A DNA stretch of 64,000 bases, taken from the NCBI GenBank assembly GCA_964016885.1, contig OZ024744.1, forward strand, positions 38,750,001 to 38,814,000. The letters run 5' to 3'. The first letter of the stretch is position 1. Every line of letters starts with the position of its first letter. Below, piece after piece: positions 36,150-49,995 of the stretch. Source of the DNA: Eledone cirrhosa (taxonomy: Eukaryota). Made by a program: the position numbers and the translations under genes. The notes under the pieces were generated by a model. That model saw nothing but the letters and a program-made list of their open reading frames with translations. It was not told the DNA's origin and made no database searches.

Positions 36150-39100
36150 TAATAATTAAAAGTATAAACAATTGAAATTTTCCCTCAACGAAATCTTCCA
36201 GAGAGAAATTAATTCATGTATAAATATCTCTCTTGCTGAACGTATTAAAACGACAATGTTGAATAAAAAAAACAAATAATGAAATATTACGTGTTATTGA
36301 CGAAAAAGGGGATGAATATTTACGACAGATAAAAATCCCAACATTTTGGCAAATCAACGCCTGTTTATATGCCTTAGCAATGACAGTGAAGCATTATCTT
36401 GGTGATAGCAGAGATATTAACAAGAACAAAACACCACCAAAAATACCATCCTATATAACTAAAATAGAAAAAAAGATTGCTGACCTACGAAAAAACATGG
36501 GATATGTGACAATGCTCCTTACATGCAAACAAATACAAAAAAACCTCACTCCTAACCAACCAAGAGTGAAAAATAAAATAGAGACGATGTTTGGTAACAG
36601 TAGAACCAGAACTCTCCAATATAAGCTGATCACCCTCAAACAAGAATTGAGAGCTGTTAGCGAAAAACGCCGATACCTGAAAAAGGTAGATGAGAGAAAA
36701 GTGCTTAATAAAAGATTCAGACGAAACTAAACATCAGTCTATAGAGATATGAAGGGCAAAATAATAAGTGTCACTGAGGCCCCATCCCAGAAAGACATAG
36801 ATTCCTTTTGGAGCAAAATATGGGGTGAAAAGAAGAATTTCAACCAAGATGCAGTGTGGCTAAGAGAAATCCGAAAGAACGATTGCTCCTACACTACAAC
36901 AAAAACATACGAAATAAGTGAGGGTACCCTTGAGACTGTGGTAGGAAAACTCCAAGATAGGAAAACACCAGGAAGAGACAAAAAACTAATATTCTATCGG
37001 AGGTATCTTACTGACCTCTACCAACAAGTTCTTAAGGGAGATACACTTATACCAGAATGGTTGACATTAGCACAAACATTACTGATCCCCAAGAACAAAG
37101 ACACCCACTTGGCAAAAGAAAAAAACCCATTGCATACCAGAACTTGATGTATAAGATGTTTACAGCTTGCCTGAACCTATTCCTCCAAGGTCACTGTGAA
37201 AATAATATCATCACGGATGAACAAGCAGCTGGAAAGAAAGGGGTTTGGGGATGTGCTGAACAACTCCTAATCAACAAAACTGCAATGTCGGAGGTGCGAC
37301 AACTTAGGAGGAATATGGCTACAGTCTGGCTGGACTACAGGAAAGCTTTCGATTCGGTTCCCCACTCTTGGATGATAGAGGCCCTCCAACTTGCTAAAGT
37401 CCCAGACATTATTGTCAGAGCCATGGAGTGACTGTCTTCTTCTTGGGATACTATCCTAAGGTTAAAGACAGAGAGGGGGGACTCTATTTTCACTGATAAA
37501 ATAAAATATTGCAGGGGGATATTTCAGGGGTACAGTCTTTCTGTGATATTATTCATCTTGTCATTAGACTCCTTTTCCTTTCTGCTCAAGAAATATGAGG
37601 GATAAATCATTGGCTCACAGGAGGACAGAAATACGAACCTAATCCATAATTTCTTTGTGGACGATCTGAAACTCTATGCCAAGAACATGGATGGAATGAA
37701 GAAAAATCTTGACCTGGTTACAACGTTCTCAAAGGATATTGGAATGGAGTTTGGCCAAGATAAATGCTCATACATGACTGTAAAGCGGGGAAAAACAACA
37801 ACCAATATAGCAACATCGTCATCAATGGCCTAACTGTTTCACCGATATCTGATGAGGACTGCTATAGATACCTGGGGATAGATGAGAACATATCCTATAA
37901 TGGTATCTGTAATAAAAAACGCGTAACCAGGGAATACTACACCCGATTAAGAAATATCTGGTCATCAGAACTCTCTGCGCAAAACGAAACAGTGGCTCAC
38001 AATGTGTTTGCTGTGCCTGTCCTAACACCAACGCTTGGAATACTCAATTGGACGATAGACGAAATCCGAGCAGTTGATGTTAGAATTCGAAAAATACTAA
38101 ACAACACCGGAAATTTCCACATCAACAGTGACATAGACCGCCTTTACTTGAAACTTAAGCAGGGAGGCAGAAGCCTAACATCAGTCCAGACAACATTTGA
38201 ATGTCGCATCATATCTCTCCAACAACATCTACGAACCTCGAAGCGTAGGAGCCCGTTTCTCGAGCAAGTCTATCTGCATGAAACAGATAAGATCATGAGA
38301 GTTGGGAAGGAACTCCTCGAGAGATATTCCCTGTGTGATAATCAAAAACTCACACCCAGGGAAGTCGCTCAGCAGTATCGCAGTGAATCCATGGATGAAA
38401 AACTGCATACTTATCAGCAAAAAATAATGCATGGATATGTTGCCAGGAAGCTCCAGAGTGAGAGTAATATAGATGAGGAAAGTAGTCTATCTAAGACCAA
38501 CAACCGCTATATTGGCTCCCACTTTGAAGGATACGCTTTTGCAATCCAAGAACAGGAGATTAACACGAAATACCTGATTCACAAAAGAGATAGGGATGCA
38601 GGCAAAACACCTAGATGTGATAACAAGTACAGATTCTGCAGAACTAACATCGAGGATATCACCTATGTCATCAGCAGCTGTCCAAAGATGTCATCGCGGT
38701 ACTATCTACCTATAAGGCATGATGTAGTGGCCAAAACACTGTACAATGCAGTTCGTAAAAAAGATAGCCCCGATAATAAACACATTAAAAGCTACAGCAA
38801 TGTGGAAGACATCCATGTACATAATATGAAAGAGTACTGGTGGATGTTCCAGTAAAAACCCCAATAAAATGCAGGCAAAACAGACCAGATATTATGATAT
38901 TGACAGGGAGAAGAAAGCATGCACAGTAGTGGAAATTAGCTGCCCAGCAGATGCCAATATATATCAAAGATTAGTGAGAAGGAGAATATTTATGCAGAAC
39001 TGATGAGAAATCTGCAGATACTCCACCCTGATTACACCTTCAGATTTATGCCTGTGATTATTGGGGCACTGGGGTATGTTAGTAACTGCTTCAATACAAA

Positions 39101-39378
39101 TCTTGAGAAGCTAGACTTCACAGGAACAGAAAGAACACAACTAGTTAGGAAATTACAAGTACAATCCATTAATGGAACAGTAAAAATATGTAAAACATTC
39201 CAAAAATGTTGCATCTAATAACTGCATATACATACAAATGCAAAGCATATACACATGCACACATACGACTCAAAACATACACATACAATAACATCCATAT
39301 CTACACATGCATACATACATAATCTACCTAGTTGATGTGTAAATTCCAATGAGAGAGTCTTGTGTCTATGTTAGAAAT
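36150..39378 (+). mobile_element. R4/Dong-like non-LTR retrotransposon (RT-CCHC-REL), fragmented
   Basis: WLDYRKAFDSVPH, IFQG, FFVDDLK, SSRYYLPIRHD, NRPDI..VEISCP, PVIIGALG; family 3' UTR starts at 39219. Confidence 0.9.
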
Positions 39379-39514
39379 GCAAAGCAAGGTCTCGCATGCT
39401 ACTGAGTGTTATTGGAAACTTAACAGTGATGGTGATTTAGATATGTGACATTTCTCACATAAGGAGGGTGGCCAGAGCCTAAGGTCCATATCAATATCAT
39501 ACGAAACCCAGATA

Positions 39515-39730
39515 ATAATTGTTTCTTCTTTTTGGCACAAGGCCAGCAATTACCAGTGCATTACTGGTACTTTATTTTATCGACCCCGTAAGGATGAAAG
39601 GCAAAGTTAACCTCGACGGGATTTGAACTAAGAATGGCAAGGGCCGTAACTCTATGCGTCAAAGCATGGCGTCCGACCCTCTACCGATACTGCCAATTCA
39701 CCTCCCTGTACTGCCAATTCACCGCCCTAT
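39515..39730 (-). mobile_element. SINE copy
   Basis: Reverse complement of the near-complete family sequence. Confidence 0.88.
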
Positions 39731-39829
39731 ACTGTCAACTTACCAAACCCGGATAATAATACTGAAGCAACAGCGTCAACAGAAGAAAAATGTCATCAGC
39801 TATCTCGCCTAGGTTTATGAGCATGAAAA

Positions 39830-40017
39830 TAATTGTTTCTACTTTTGGCACAAGGCCAGCAATTACCCCAGTGCAACACTGGTGTTTTATTTTATCGACC
39901 CCATAAGGATGAAAAGCAAAGCTAATCTCGGCGGGATTTTAACTCAGAACGTATAGGGCCATAACACTATGCTGCAAAGCATGGTGTCTGACGCTCTACC
40001 GATACTGCCAATCCAGC
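39830..40017 (-). mobile_element. SINE copy
   Basis: Family core on minus strand. Confidence 0.88.
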
Positions 40018-40037
40018 AATATTATTAGGATAGCTAC

Positions 40038-40230
40038 AAAGGGTGGTGGATTGGCTGTATCGGTAGAGGGGCGGACGCCATGCTTTGCAGCATAGAGTTG
40101 CGGCCCTTTACGGTCTGAGTTAAAATCCCGCCGAGGTTAACTTTACCTTTCATGCTTACGGGGTCGATAAAATAAAGTACCAGTAATACACTGGGATAAT
40201 TGCTGGCCTTGTGCCAAAAGTAGAAACAAT
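40038..40230 (+). mobile_element. Full-length SINE copy with ~17-bp target-site duplication
   Basis: A-box-like TGGCTGTATCGG, B-box-like GAGTTAAAATCCC; flanked by ATTATTAGGATAGC(T/C)AC on both sides. Confidence 0.9.
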
Positions 40231-40719
40231 TATTAGGATAGCCACTGATCTAGAAGAAAGATATGAAATAAAATTCGATACAAATCTCTCTCCCAAGAAC
40301 ATTGGAAGACTACTTCTCGAACAATCCGTTGACAATAAATGTAGGTTGTTGAAAACAAAGACAGATGTTAGCCCCATTATTGCCGACTATGAAAAAAATG
40401 TCTTCTCATTACTACCTCCCCTTGAGGCATGATGTGATATCTAGAGCGATCTGGAATATATTACGAATGGCGGAAGTAAAATCAAATATCGAGAAATGTG
40501 TTGAGACTGATGGCTCAAAGGAATACTGGTGTAACCAAATTAAGGCCCAGTCAACCTCATATTGTTGTTTGAGACCACACATTAAAAACATGCTCTGTTG
40601 TAGAAGTCAAGTGCCAGCTTGATGTGGATCTGGTAAGAAAAATACAAGAGAAGGAGAATATCTACAGACCATTGAGTTTGCAGATCCAATATCCAAGATA
40701 CACTTTCAGCTTCATACTC

Positions 40720-40860
40720 ATCTATATATCTGAACCAGAGAATGTCTGTCTGTCTGAATCCCTAAAACGCGAGAATCACCCAACGGATTGTTTTCAAACT
40801 TTACACATGTAATACTCATGGCCCTGTGAGTGTTTTGAGCAAAAGATATTTCAAATTTTC
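40720..40860 (+). mobile_element. Possible Helitron/Helentron-type non-autonomous 5' end
   Basis: TCTATATAT start followed by short (GTCT)n, a layout typical of Lep1/DINE-1-like elements. Confidence 0.4.
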
Positions 40861-41070
40861 AATGCCCTAGGGATTTAGCTATCTCTCTCTATATTTGATT
40901 GTCTTTCTTTTTAGATAGATACATAGATATAACGTTGCACCCTTATAATATCTGTCTGTATCTCTGGCTGTCTGCACTACGACATTATGACGCTATATGT
41001 GTGCGTGTGTGTGTGTATATATATGTATAGATAGTGTGTGTATACATATATATATATATATATATATATA

Positions 41071-41185
41071 GTGTGTAACATTTTTCGAAATATTTACTTC
41101 TGTGTTCACAGATTGATTTTTTTAGTTTCAGAAGAGCCCGTTAAAGGTGAAAGCAGCGATTCTTTGCTTAAACTTTAATCTGTTA

Positions 41186-41223
<38 letters not shown>

Positions 41224-42130
41224 TGAGGTAAATATCTCACTGAGTACTAAGTACCCATTGAGATATATGGGGTGTCTATAATATAATTGTTGTTCTATGG
41301 TACTAATTCGAGATACCAAAACTATAAAAATTGATAAGCAGAACAAACAAACATTAAACAATCCTTTAAATAAATTAAAAAATGATTTAAATATCTACCT
41401 GTTCATAATGCCATTACCGGCGGTTTCCATCTACAAAAGATTGGAGATTCAGAGAATTTCCAACGGAAAGTAGATTTCATCAGATAGCTATTTCCTTTCT
41501 ATAGGACATACGTCCCATGGTCCGCAAATATAATGCCAACTACCAGCTCGTATGAGTTATAGCCGTTAAAGTGACCCACACGTGACCTGGCCGCTAGAGC
41601 AAGCGGGAATATTACAGACTTGTTGATGGCTTGGCTGCTAAAAAAATAGCAGTAAGCAACAACGAATTTTTTTCTCTACATAGATTGGAGAATATATAAA
41701 AATGAGGTAAATATCTCACTGAGTACTAAGTACCCATTGAGATGTATGGGGTGTCTATAATATAATTGTTGTTCTATGGTACTAATTCGAGATACCAGAA
41801 CTATAAAAATTGATGAGCAGAACAAACAAACATTAAACAATCCTTTAAATAAATTAAAAAATAATTTAAATATCTTTTGTGGATGGAAACCGCCGGTAAT
41901 AGCATTATGAACAGGTATATATTTAAATTATTTTTTAATTTATTTAAAGGATTGTTTAATGTTTGTTTGTTCTGCTCATCAATTTTATATATATATATAT
42001 GTATATATATATTAAAATAACAGATTAAAGTTTAAGCAAATAATCGCTGCTTTCACCCTTAACGGGCTTTTCTGAAACTAAAAAAAATCAATCTGTGAAC
42101 ACAGAAGTAAATATTTCGAAAAATTTTACA

Positions 42131-42135
<5 letters not shown>
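41071..42135. mobile_element. Penelope-like pseudo-LTR rearrangement (direct and inverted repeats) in (TA)n
   Basis: 41071-41193 inverted at 42011-42135; 41219-41395 repeated at 41698-41875; 41325-41438 inverted at 41875-41988; contains a hammerhead. Confidence 0.65.
41410..41488 (-). ncRNA. Type I hammerhead ribozyme with extended stem II
   Basis: Minus strand: GCTAT-CTGATGA-A-ATCTAC...GTAGAT-G-GAAA-CC(GCC)GG-TA-ATGGC; stems I, II and III all pair; GUA cleavage triplet. Confidence 0.75.
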
Positions 42136-42188
<53 letters not shown>

Positions 42189-42193
<5 letters not shown>

Positions 42194-43505
42194 TAGAGAA
42201 AAATACTGCAGGTAACACATGGATAACATGTAATAAAATAAGTCCCTGATCAGTGATTTGCCGAAGATCATAGATATTTCATTGCATTAAAAATCATATA
42301 TCTCACGTCGGTGCAATAATAACTAAAATAAGTTATTAGGACAATTAAAACGCGTAAAGCGAGTGAGACAGGAGAACAACAAAGAGTATAGCTAACCGTA
42401 GGGGACAGAAACAAGCTTCAAATATTATTCTGTTTAGCATAAGCTAGGTGAATATATGAGCGCTTAGAGAATAGATCCTACACGAGCGAGGGCTATGAGC
42501 AGAGAGAGAAAAAAATAGCGTTCGTGATGTGCAGGATGAAATGAAGAGAAGAGAGAGAAAAACAGTGAGTGAGTGAAAGTGTGAGGAAGAGTTAACGGAC
42601 ATGATAGAGGGGGAGAAACAGAGAGAATGGGGGAACAGTAAGAGAGAGAGAAAAAACACAGAATCGCAGTGGTAAATATATGTATTAAAATATAGAGAAA
42701 ATACTGCAGGTAGCACATGGATAACATGTAATAAAATAAGTCCCTCATCAGTGATTTGCCGAAGATCATAGATATTTCATTGCATTAAAAATCATATATC
42801 TCACGTCGGTGCAATAATAACCAAAATAAGTTATTAGGACAATTAAAACGCGTAAAGCGAGTGAGACAGGAGAACAACAAAGAGTATAGCTAACCGTAGG
42901 GGACAGAAACAAGCTTCAAAAATTATTCTGTTTAGCATAAGCTAGGTGAATATATGAGCGCTTAGAGAATAGATCCTACACGAGCGAGGGCTATGAGCAG
43001 AGAGAGAAAAATAGCGTTCGTGGTGTGCAGGATGAAATGAAGAGAAGAGAGAGAAAAACAGTGAGTGAGTGAAAGTGTGAGGAAGAGTTAACGGACATGA
43101 CAGAGGGGGAGAAACAGAGAGAATGGGGGAACAGTAAGAGAGAGAGAAAAAAACACAGAATCGCAGTGGTAAATATATGTATTAAAATATAGAGAAAAAT
43201 ACTGCAGGTAGCACATGGATAACATGTAATAAAATAAGTCCCTGATCAGTGATTTGCCGAAGATCATAGATATTTCATTGCATTAAAAATCATATATCTC
43301 ACGTCGGTGCAATAATAACCAAAATAAGTTATTAGGACAATTAAAACGCGTAAAGCGAGTGAGACAGGAGAACAACAAAGAGTATAGCTAACCGTAGGGG
43401 ACAGAAACAAGCTTCAAAAATTATTCTGTTTAGCATAAGCTAGGTGAATATATGAGCGCTTAGAGAATAGATCCTACACGAGCGAGGGCTATGAGCAGAG
43501 AGAGA
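42189..43505. repeat. Tandem repeat, ~498-bp unit, ~2.6 copies
   Basis: AAATATAGAGAAAA(A)TACTGCAGGTA recurs at ~42189, ~42688 and ~43186 with near-identical bodies. Confidence 0.95.
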
Positions 43506-43942
43506 TGTGTATAAGAAATCTGCAGATACTCCACTCTGATTACACCTTCAGATTTATGCCTGTGATTATTGGGGCACTGGGATATGTTAGTAAGTGCCTC
43601 AATACGAATCTTGAGAAGCTAGGCTTCATAGGAACAGAAAGAACGCAACTAGTTAGGAAATTACAAGTACAATCCATTAATGGAACAGTAAAAATATGTA
43701 AAACATTCCAAAAATTGTGCATCTAATAACTGCATATACATACAGATACAAAGCATATACACATGCACACATACAACTCAAAACATACACATCCATACAT
43801 ACAATAACATCCATATCTACACATGCATACATACCTACCTAGTTGATGTTGTGTAAATTCTAATGAGAGAGTCTTGTGTCTATGTTAGAAACCGACTCTC
43901 TCTCTATTGGTAAAACTTTGTGAAATTATAAAACCAGAAGAA
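43505..43942 (+). mobile_element. R4/Dong-like 3' end with complete 3' UTR
   Basis: RNLQILHSDYTFRFMPVIIGALG..TVKICKTFQK, as in 39003-39218; runs into (CATA)n. Confidence 0.9.
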
Positions 43943-44150
43943 CATACATACCTACATACATACATACATACATACATACATACATACATACCTACATACC
44001 TACATACCTACATACATACATGCATACATACATACATACATACATACATACATACATACATACATAATACATACATACATACATACATACATACATACAT
44101 ACCTACATACCTACATACATACATACAAACATACATACATACATACATAC

Positions 44151-44181
<31 letters not shown>

Positions 44182-44585
44182 CATACATACATACCTACAT
44201 ACATACATACATACATACATACATACATACATACATACCTACATACCTACATACATACATACATACATACATACATACATACATACATACATAATACATA
44301 CATACATACATACATACATACATACATACATACATACATACGTACATACATACCTACATACCTACATACATACATACGTACATACATACATACATACATA
44401 CATACATACATACATACATACATACATACATACATACGTACATACATACATGCATACATACATACATACATACATACATACATACATACGTACATACATA
44501 CATACCTACATACGTACATACATACATACATACATACATACATACATACCTACATACCTACATACATACATACATACATACATAC

Positions 44586-44616
<31 letters not shown>

Positions 44617-45037
44617 CATACATACATACATACATACATACATACATACGTACATACATACATACATACATACATACATACATACATACATACATACATA
44701 CGTACATACATACATACCTACATACGTACATACATACTTACATACATACATACATACACACATAGATATATACATACATACATACATACATACATACTTA
44801 CATACATACATACATACACACATACATACATAGATATATACATACATACATATATACATACATACATACATACACACATACATACATACATACACACATA
44901 CATACATAGATATATACATACATACATATATACATACATACATACATACATACACACATACATACATACATACACACATACATACATAGATATATACATA
45001 CATACATATATACATACATACATATATACATACATAC
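43943..45037. repeat. ~1.1-kb (TACA)n microsatellite
   Basis: Direct reading. Confidence 0.98.
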
Positions 45038-45667
45038 GTGAGGATTGCAACGTCGCCACAGAAGATTGCCGTCTCTTATTGATTCTTCATTGTCATCCCA
45101 TCTGCATCCATGACTCGTAGATGACTCTGTAGGTGACAGAAGAGAGTTGTGCTTTCCTTCAGGGTAGGGGGCCACCCTGTGAGACACAATCTTTATGCAC
45201 CACTGTGCGTCGTTCTGGTCAGGAACTAGTTCTACACACTTTATTGCATATCATGCACGTTGTTTCGCCAGGTCTTTGTTGAGTGGTGTTGCGGGTGGTT
45301 ATCCTTTCATGTGACTTTAAGTGATTAACATAACCAGCCTTTGAGAGGAGTACACGCTGACAGAATTTGCATGTCCAACTACTGATGACTTCATCAAGAC
45401 TGAGCACAACACTTCCGGAGCTGACCGCATTCCTCAAACATTTTGCAACTGCCCATTATGCGCTTTCTCCACTCAGTCCTATTTAGAGCTATCTCCTTCC
45501 AGTTGTCACTATCAAATGCCAGCTCCTTGAAGTTGTTCTTGATGCTGTCCCTGAGCCTCATTTTCGGTTTGTGTTGACGTCTTATCCAAGATGGAGCTCA
45601 CCGTAAAATAGTTGCTTCGGGATCCTGCTTTCTTTCATGCGGGCGATATGTCCTGCCCAGCGCATCC
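45038..45667 (-). mobile_element. RTE-clade 3' fragment with C2H2-like fingers and (TATG)n tail
   Basis: RWAGHIARMKESRIPKQLFYGEL; CKFCQRVLLSKAGYVNHLKSH; CMICNKVC. Confidence 0.85.
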
Positions 45668-45689
45668 ATACACACATACAAACATACAT

Positions 45690-45865
45690 GCATACATGCA
45701 AACTCTGCTAGGAGTACTGCAATCGCTTGTCAGGTTATAGAGTATGGTGCACTAGGCTACGGCCCGTCACACAAACTTGTAACAGACCCTGAACAAGAAT
45801 TTTTAAGTGGGGAAAGGTCTTGCACTCGACCAATCCCACTCTCTGAGCACCAGAAAAGGAGAACA
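45690..45865 (-). mobile_element. RTE-related non-autonomous 3' fragment
   Basis: AACTCTGC.A.GAGTA.TGCAATCGCTTGTCAG shared with the RTE 3' end at 58582-58615 and with 53560-53612. Confidence 0.65.
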
Positions 45866-46742
45866 TACATACATATACACATATACACATACATACATAC
45901 ATACATACGAACTACGTACATATATCTATTTATACATACATACATACACACATACATGTGAGCACACATAAATATGTTGAAGCAGCATGAGTGAATAGTT
46001 AAAAAGTTCATTTTGCAACCTTGCGTTCGCTATTTCGAACATATCGCGCGGCGCCTTGTGCAAATCCCGTTTACCATAGCTTCAGGTTCCGCCAAACCAT
46101 GTGATTGAAATTGAGTATGTAGAAACTGTCGATAAACTGTACCTGTAATTCAAAGGCTTTTCGCACACTGTATCGTGTTGAATCTCCCTGAAAATTACGT
46201 CAAAATTACACGTGTTTGTGGAATGCACAGCCAATTATTTCAGGTTATTTTCGTGAGTACATTGTTTAATTAAGGCCGTTCGTCGAATCAGATAATGACC
46301 ATCTTCCCCTTAAAAGCTTCATCCTTTCTCCATTATAGTACCATCATATCCCTGATAGACAGTTTCCGTTACAAACAGGGCATAGTAAATATTTAGTTGG
46401 AGACACCAGCCTTAACTCAGAAGTTCACTTCTCAACAAGGAAGATGGGAAAAAAAACTTACTCCAACGCTTAATTTAAAATCTTTAATTTTTAGTTTTTA
46501 ATTCCTATTAATTCTTTTTAATTGTAATACTCAACATTTGATAAGATGAATTTTAATAATACATCGAAACCGGGAATACTTTATATACTTTATATACTTT
46601 ATATACATTATAAAACTTTTTTTTAAAAAGAATTGTCCCTCTCATATTTTCAATATTGTCACTATATTGACGAATCAGAGAACGGAAAAAAAAGGAAAAC
46701 TGACGCTAAAGTATATTTTCCATGCTATTTCCAACTTCACCT

Positions 46743-46797
<55 letters not shown>

Positions 46798-47436
46798 ATT
46801 TGAATGGATACAGTTTAGTTGAAAGGAATTTATTGACACGTGTTTCTATAACAGTTACATAACCTGAAAACGGCTGCTATCTACAAAGTTTTAGTTATGC
46901 AGACATTCAATATTTCAATGTTATTATTTACTGTCATTTCATCAGAATAATATTACTGAGGACCTATTTTGGTTTTTATAGAGAATATTAGGAAGGAGGG
47001 GTGAAGTTGTTAGAAGAATAGTTGAGGGAGTGGTTTTTTGATAGCAGTGAGAATTTTTGGTGGCAGTGAGTAATTAGATTCCCATCTGTTGTTTTGACAT
47101 TTTTATAGAATATATTATTGGTTATTTTTCTAAATTTATAGAAGGATTAGAGATAGTAAAGATATGCGTGGTTGGTTTTGTGTTTGCACTTAATTAACAT
47201 TCAGACTTAAATTTTTCTTTCAAGTGTACGTATCCTTTCACCCACGCATTCACACACAAATATATTTGCACACCTCTACAAAATACATATACTCACATTC
47301 ACATATTCATACTTACATACATATACACATGCATACATATATATATATATATATACACACATGTATTCATGTACATACATACGCGTTCATGTGTATACAT
47401 TTTCAATACTGTATATATATATATATATATATATTT

Positions 47437-48845
47437 ATTAAAATAACAGATTAAAGTTTAAGCAAAGAATCGCTGCTTTCACCCTTAACGGGATCTTCTG
47501 AAACTAACAAAGTCAATCTGGAAACGCAGAACTGGATATTTCAAAAAACGTTGCAACCGGAGGAAGACAGGAAGACGATACTTTGGTTCGTGGTAACGTT
47601 CGCTGGCAAAGAACGGGAAAAAACGAATAATACGTCATTAATAGGAGCGGTGAAAAACAATTACGCGCAAAGACAGAACCACGTTTATGGTATAAAAAAG
47701 GTCGTAGACTAATGTTCTCTTAGGTGGTGCATAGAGACGTTCTCTGGCAATGAACGAAAAAACGAAGATAATACGTCATGTGTGGAGCGTGGAGAACAAT
47801 AGCACGCAAAGTCAAAACCACGTAAATGGTATAGCAGAAGTCGTAGACTAAAATTCTAACTAGGAGACCAAATGAATCTCCGCTACAGAGTTAAGAACAA
47901 GGTAAATAAATACAATACAGAAGTAATAGAAATAAATGAATACATACACGCAAACAAATACGTACATACACAAGCATACGCAAAACCTTACCATAGGTAT
48001 ACAAAACCACGCACATATAAATATGTGTGTGTGTGTATGCGTGTATACAAATAAATAAATAATTATATAAACGTATATAAATAAATAAATACGTATATAA
48101 CAAGCGCACACACATACCTACATATAATCACACGAGTGTTCGGAGACGTAAGTCAACTAAAACAAGAAGTACACATATACACACACCCACCCACCATACG
48201 TACGAACCTGCATACTCACACAGACGCAAAACTCCCGTATACACATAGCCAAACCCTATGTACCAGAAATATAAAATTATACGCCAAAACAATCAAATAT
48301 ACGTACGAGAAGGTATACGTACCTTCACAAAACATACGGGTAATACATACTTACCTATGCAAATAAGTAAAGGAATAAACAAAACATATACTTAGCTCCC
48401 GCATCAAGACGTAAAATATCCACGTATAGATCGTACTATCCGTTAGGGTATAACGTGGGGCTGTAATACAGGAAAGTTTTGTGCAATTTATGTTTACAAG
48501 CCGAAATTGCCTCAGATTTTTTTTGTTTAAGATGTGGTCTGTGGCATAGAGTATTTCCAGGGCCTCAGCGGCGCAGAGGTCACATGGTCTTTTATTTCCG
48601 TGGTTCTGTCTTTGCGCGTAATTGTTTTTCACCGCTCCTATTAATGACGTATTTTTCGTTTTTTCCCGTTCTTTACCAGCGAACGTTTCCACGAACCAAA
48701 GTATCGTCCTCCTGGCTTCCTCCGGTTGCAACGTTTTTTGAAATATCCAGTTCTGCGTTTACAGATTGACTTTGTTAGTTTCAGAAGATCCCGTTAAGGG
48801 TGAAAGCAGCGATTGTTTGCTTAAACTTTAATCTGTTATTTTAAT
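47437..48845. mobile_element. Inverted pair of a (TA)n-associated repeat (ATTAAAATAACAGATTAAAG family), ~250-bp inverted arms
   Basis: 47437-47682 is the reverse complement of 48598-48845; same family at 41071, 42011 and 50309. Confidence 0.8.
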
Positions 48846-48934
48846 AAATATTTGCTCTACGGTTCTTATATATTTGATATATATTTATCTTTATCGAGCC
48901 CTCTTTGGATTTTAGTCTTCAAATTTATTATGAT

Positions 48935-49018
<84 letters not shown>

Positions 49019-49364
49019 ATACTTGGGGAGGGTCATATTTGTGTAATATTGCCAGAATTAATAACAGAACACACTCACTGTTTGGTTGGTTTTCGCTTCT
49101 CGCTTCTGTGTCTTTTATATCAGTAATCTAACCTACTCGGTCCTCAATGTTGCCATTGACTGACCGGCGGTCAAAAATAATACAGATACAATATAGACAC
49201 AAACACATATATATAGTTTATCATAAATCTTTCGTTGCGTGTGTGTATAGTGTTTTGTTTGCTGTGTGATGGATGACTAGTGTGTGTTTATGTGCTTGTT
49301 GTTATTGTGCTTGTGTATGTATTTATTTAATTATTTATTTATTTATTTTATTTTATTTACTTAT

Positions 49365-49995
49365 TTATACTTCTCTTAGGTCAGTGTTGTTTGTTTGGGT
49401 GTTGTTGTTATTCCATTCATTCTTTCTGTTTAGCCTTGGTCTTCTAATTTCTATTTCACTGGCCTCTCTGATTTGCATATCTGCTGGGTCATTTCTATGT
49501 TTAGATATTATTCTAATTTCTATGTTGTCTATGTTACCGTCATATTGTTGTCTAGCATGTTCGTATAGTACTGACCCGTTTTTTTGTCCTTTTAGTTCCC
49601 CCCAGTGTTGGTCTATCCTTTCACCTATGCTACGAGCTGTCTCACCTATGTATGTTGTTGTCATGTTTCTGCAGGTACCCTCTGTACATCTTATGCTATA
49701 GACTACGTTTCTAGTTTTACAGTTTATCCGGCGGTTCACATTACATATGATACATTTCCTATTGGTACAGTGGGTTTTCTTAAAAGGGTAGGTTTTGCTG
49801 ATCAGGGATTTTATGGTGGTTCCTGGCTTTTCTACCACCTTTATTTTTAAGTGGGTCTTTCTCAGGTCCTTTCTACACTGGTTAGCTAATTTCCCTCCAG
49901 GGGTAGCGTCCACAAACATGATACTCTGGTATCTCTGGTTGTCGTACCATGAGGTGGCTTTCCCTATCTTATGTCTAGCCCTATCTAAACTAACA
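49365..49995 (-). mobile_element. Penelope-like element C-terminal GIY-YIG endonuclease fragment
   Basis: C..RKCIIC, NCKTRNVVYSIRC...C...YIGETARSIGERIDQH, LYEH, IREA..I...P.LN. Confidence 0.88.

Larger units (their letters stand above)
39760..40720 (+). mobile_element. Decayed R4/Dong-like fragment carrying two nested SINEs
   Basis: Aligns with 57343-58145 (VYEHE..IIRIATDLEERY; RKIQEKE.IY). Confidence 0.8.

Noticed and set aside
36016-36155. ~75-bp direct repeat as a separate element
   Set aside because: Two diverged units directly upstream of the Dong-like ORF; most likely part of its N-terminal region
43907-45187. Long ORFs such as (HTYI)n and (MYVC)n, and similar YI/LLLL ORFs elsewhere
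   Set aside because: Translations of (TACA)n, (TA)n and (TTA)n microsatellites
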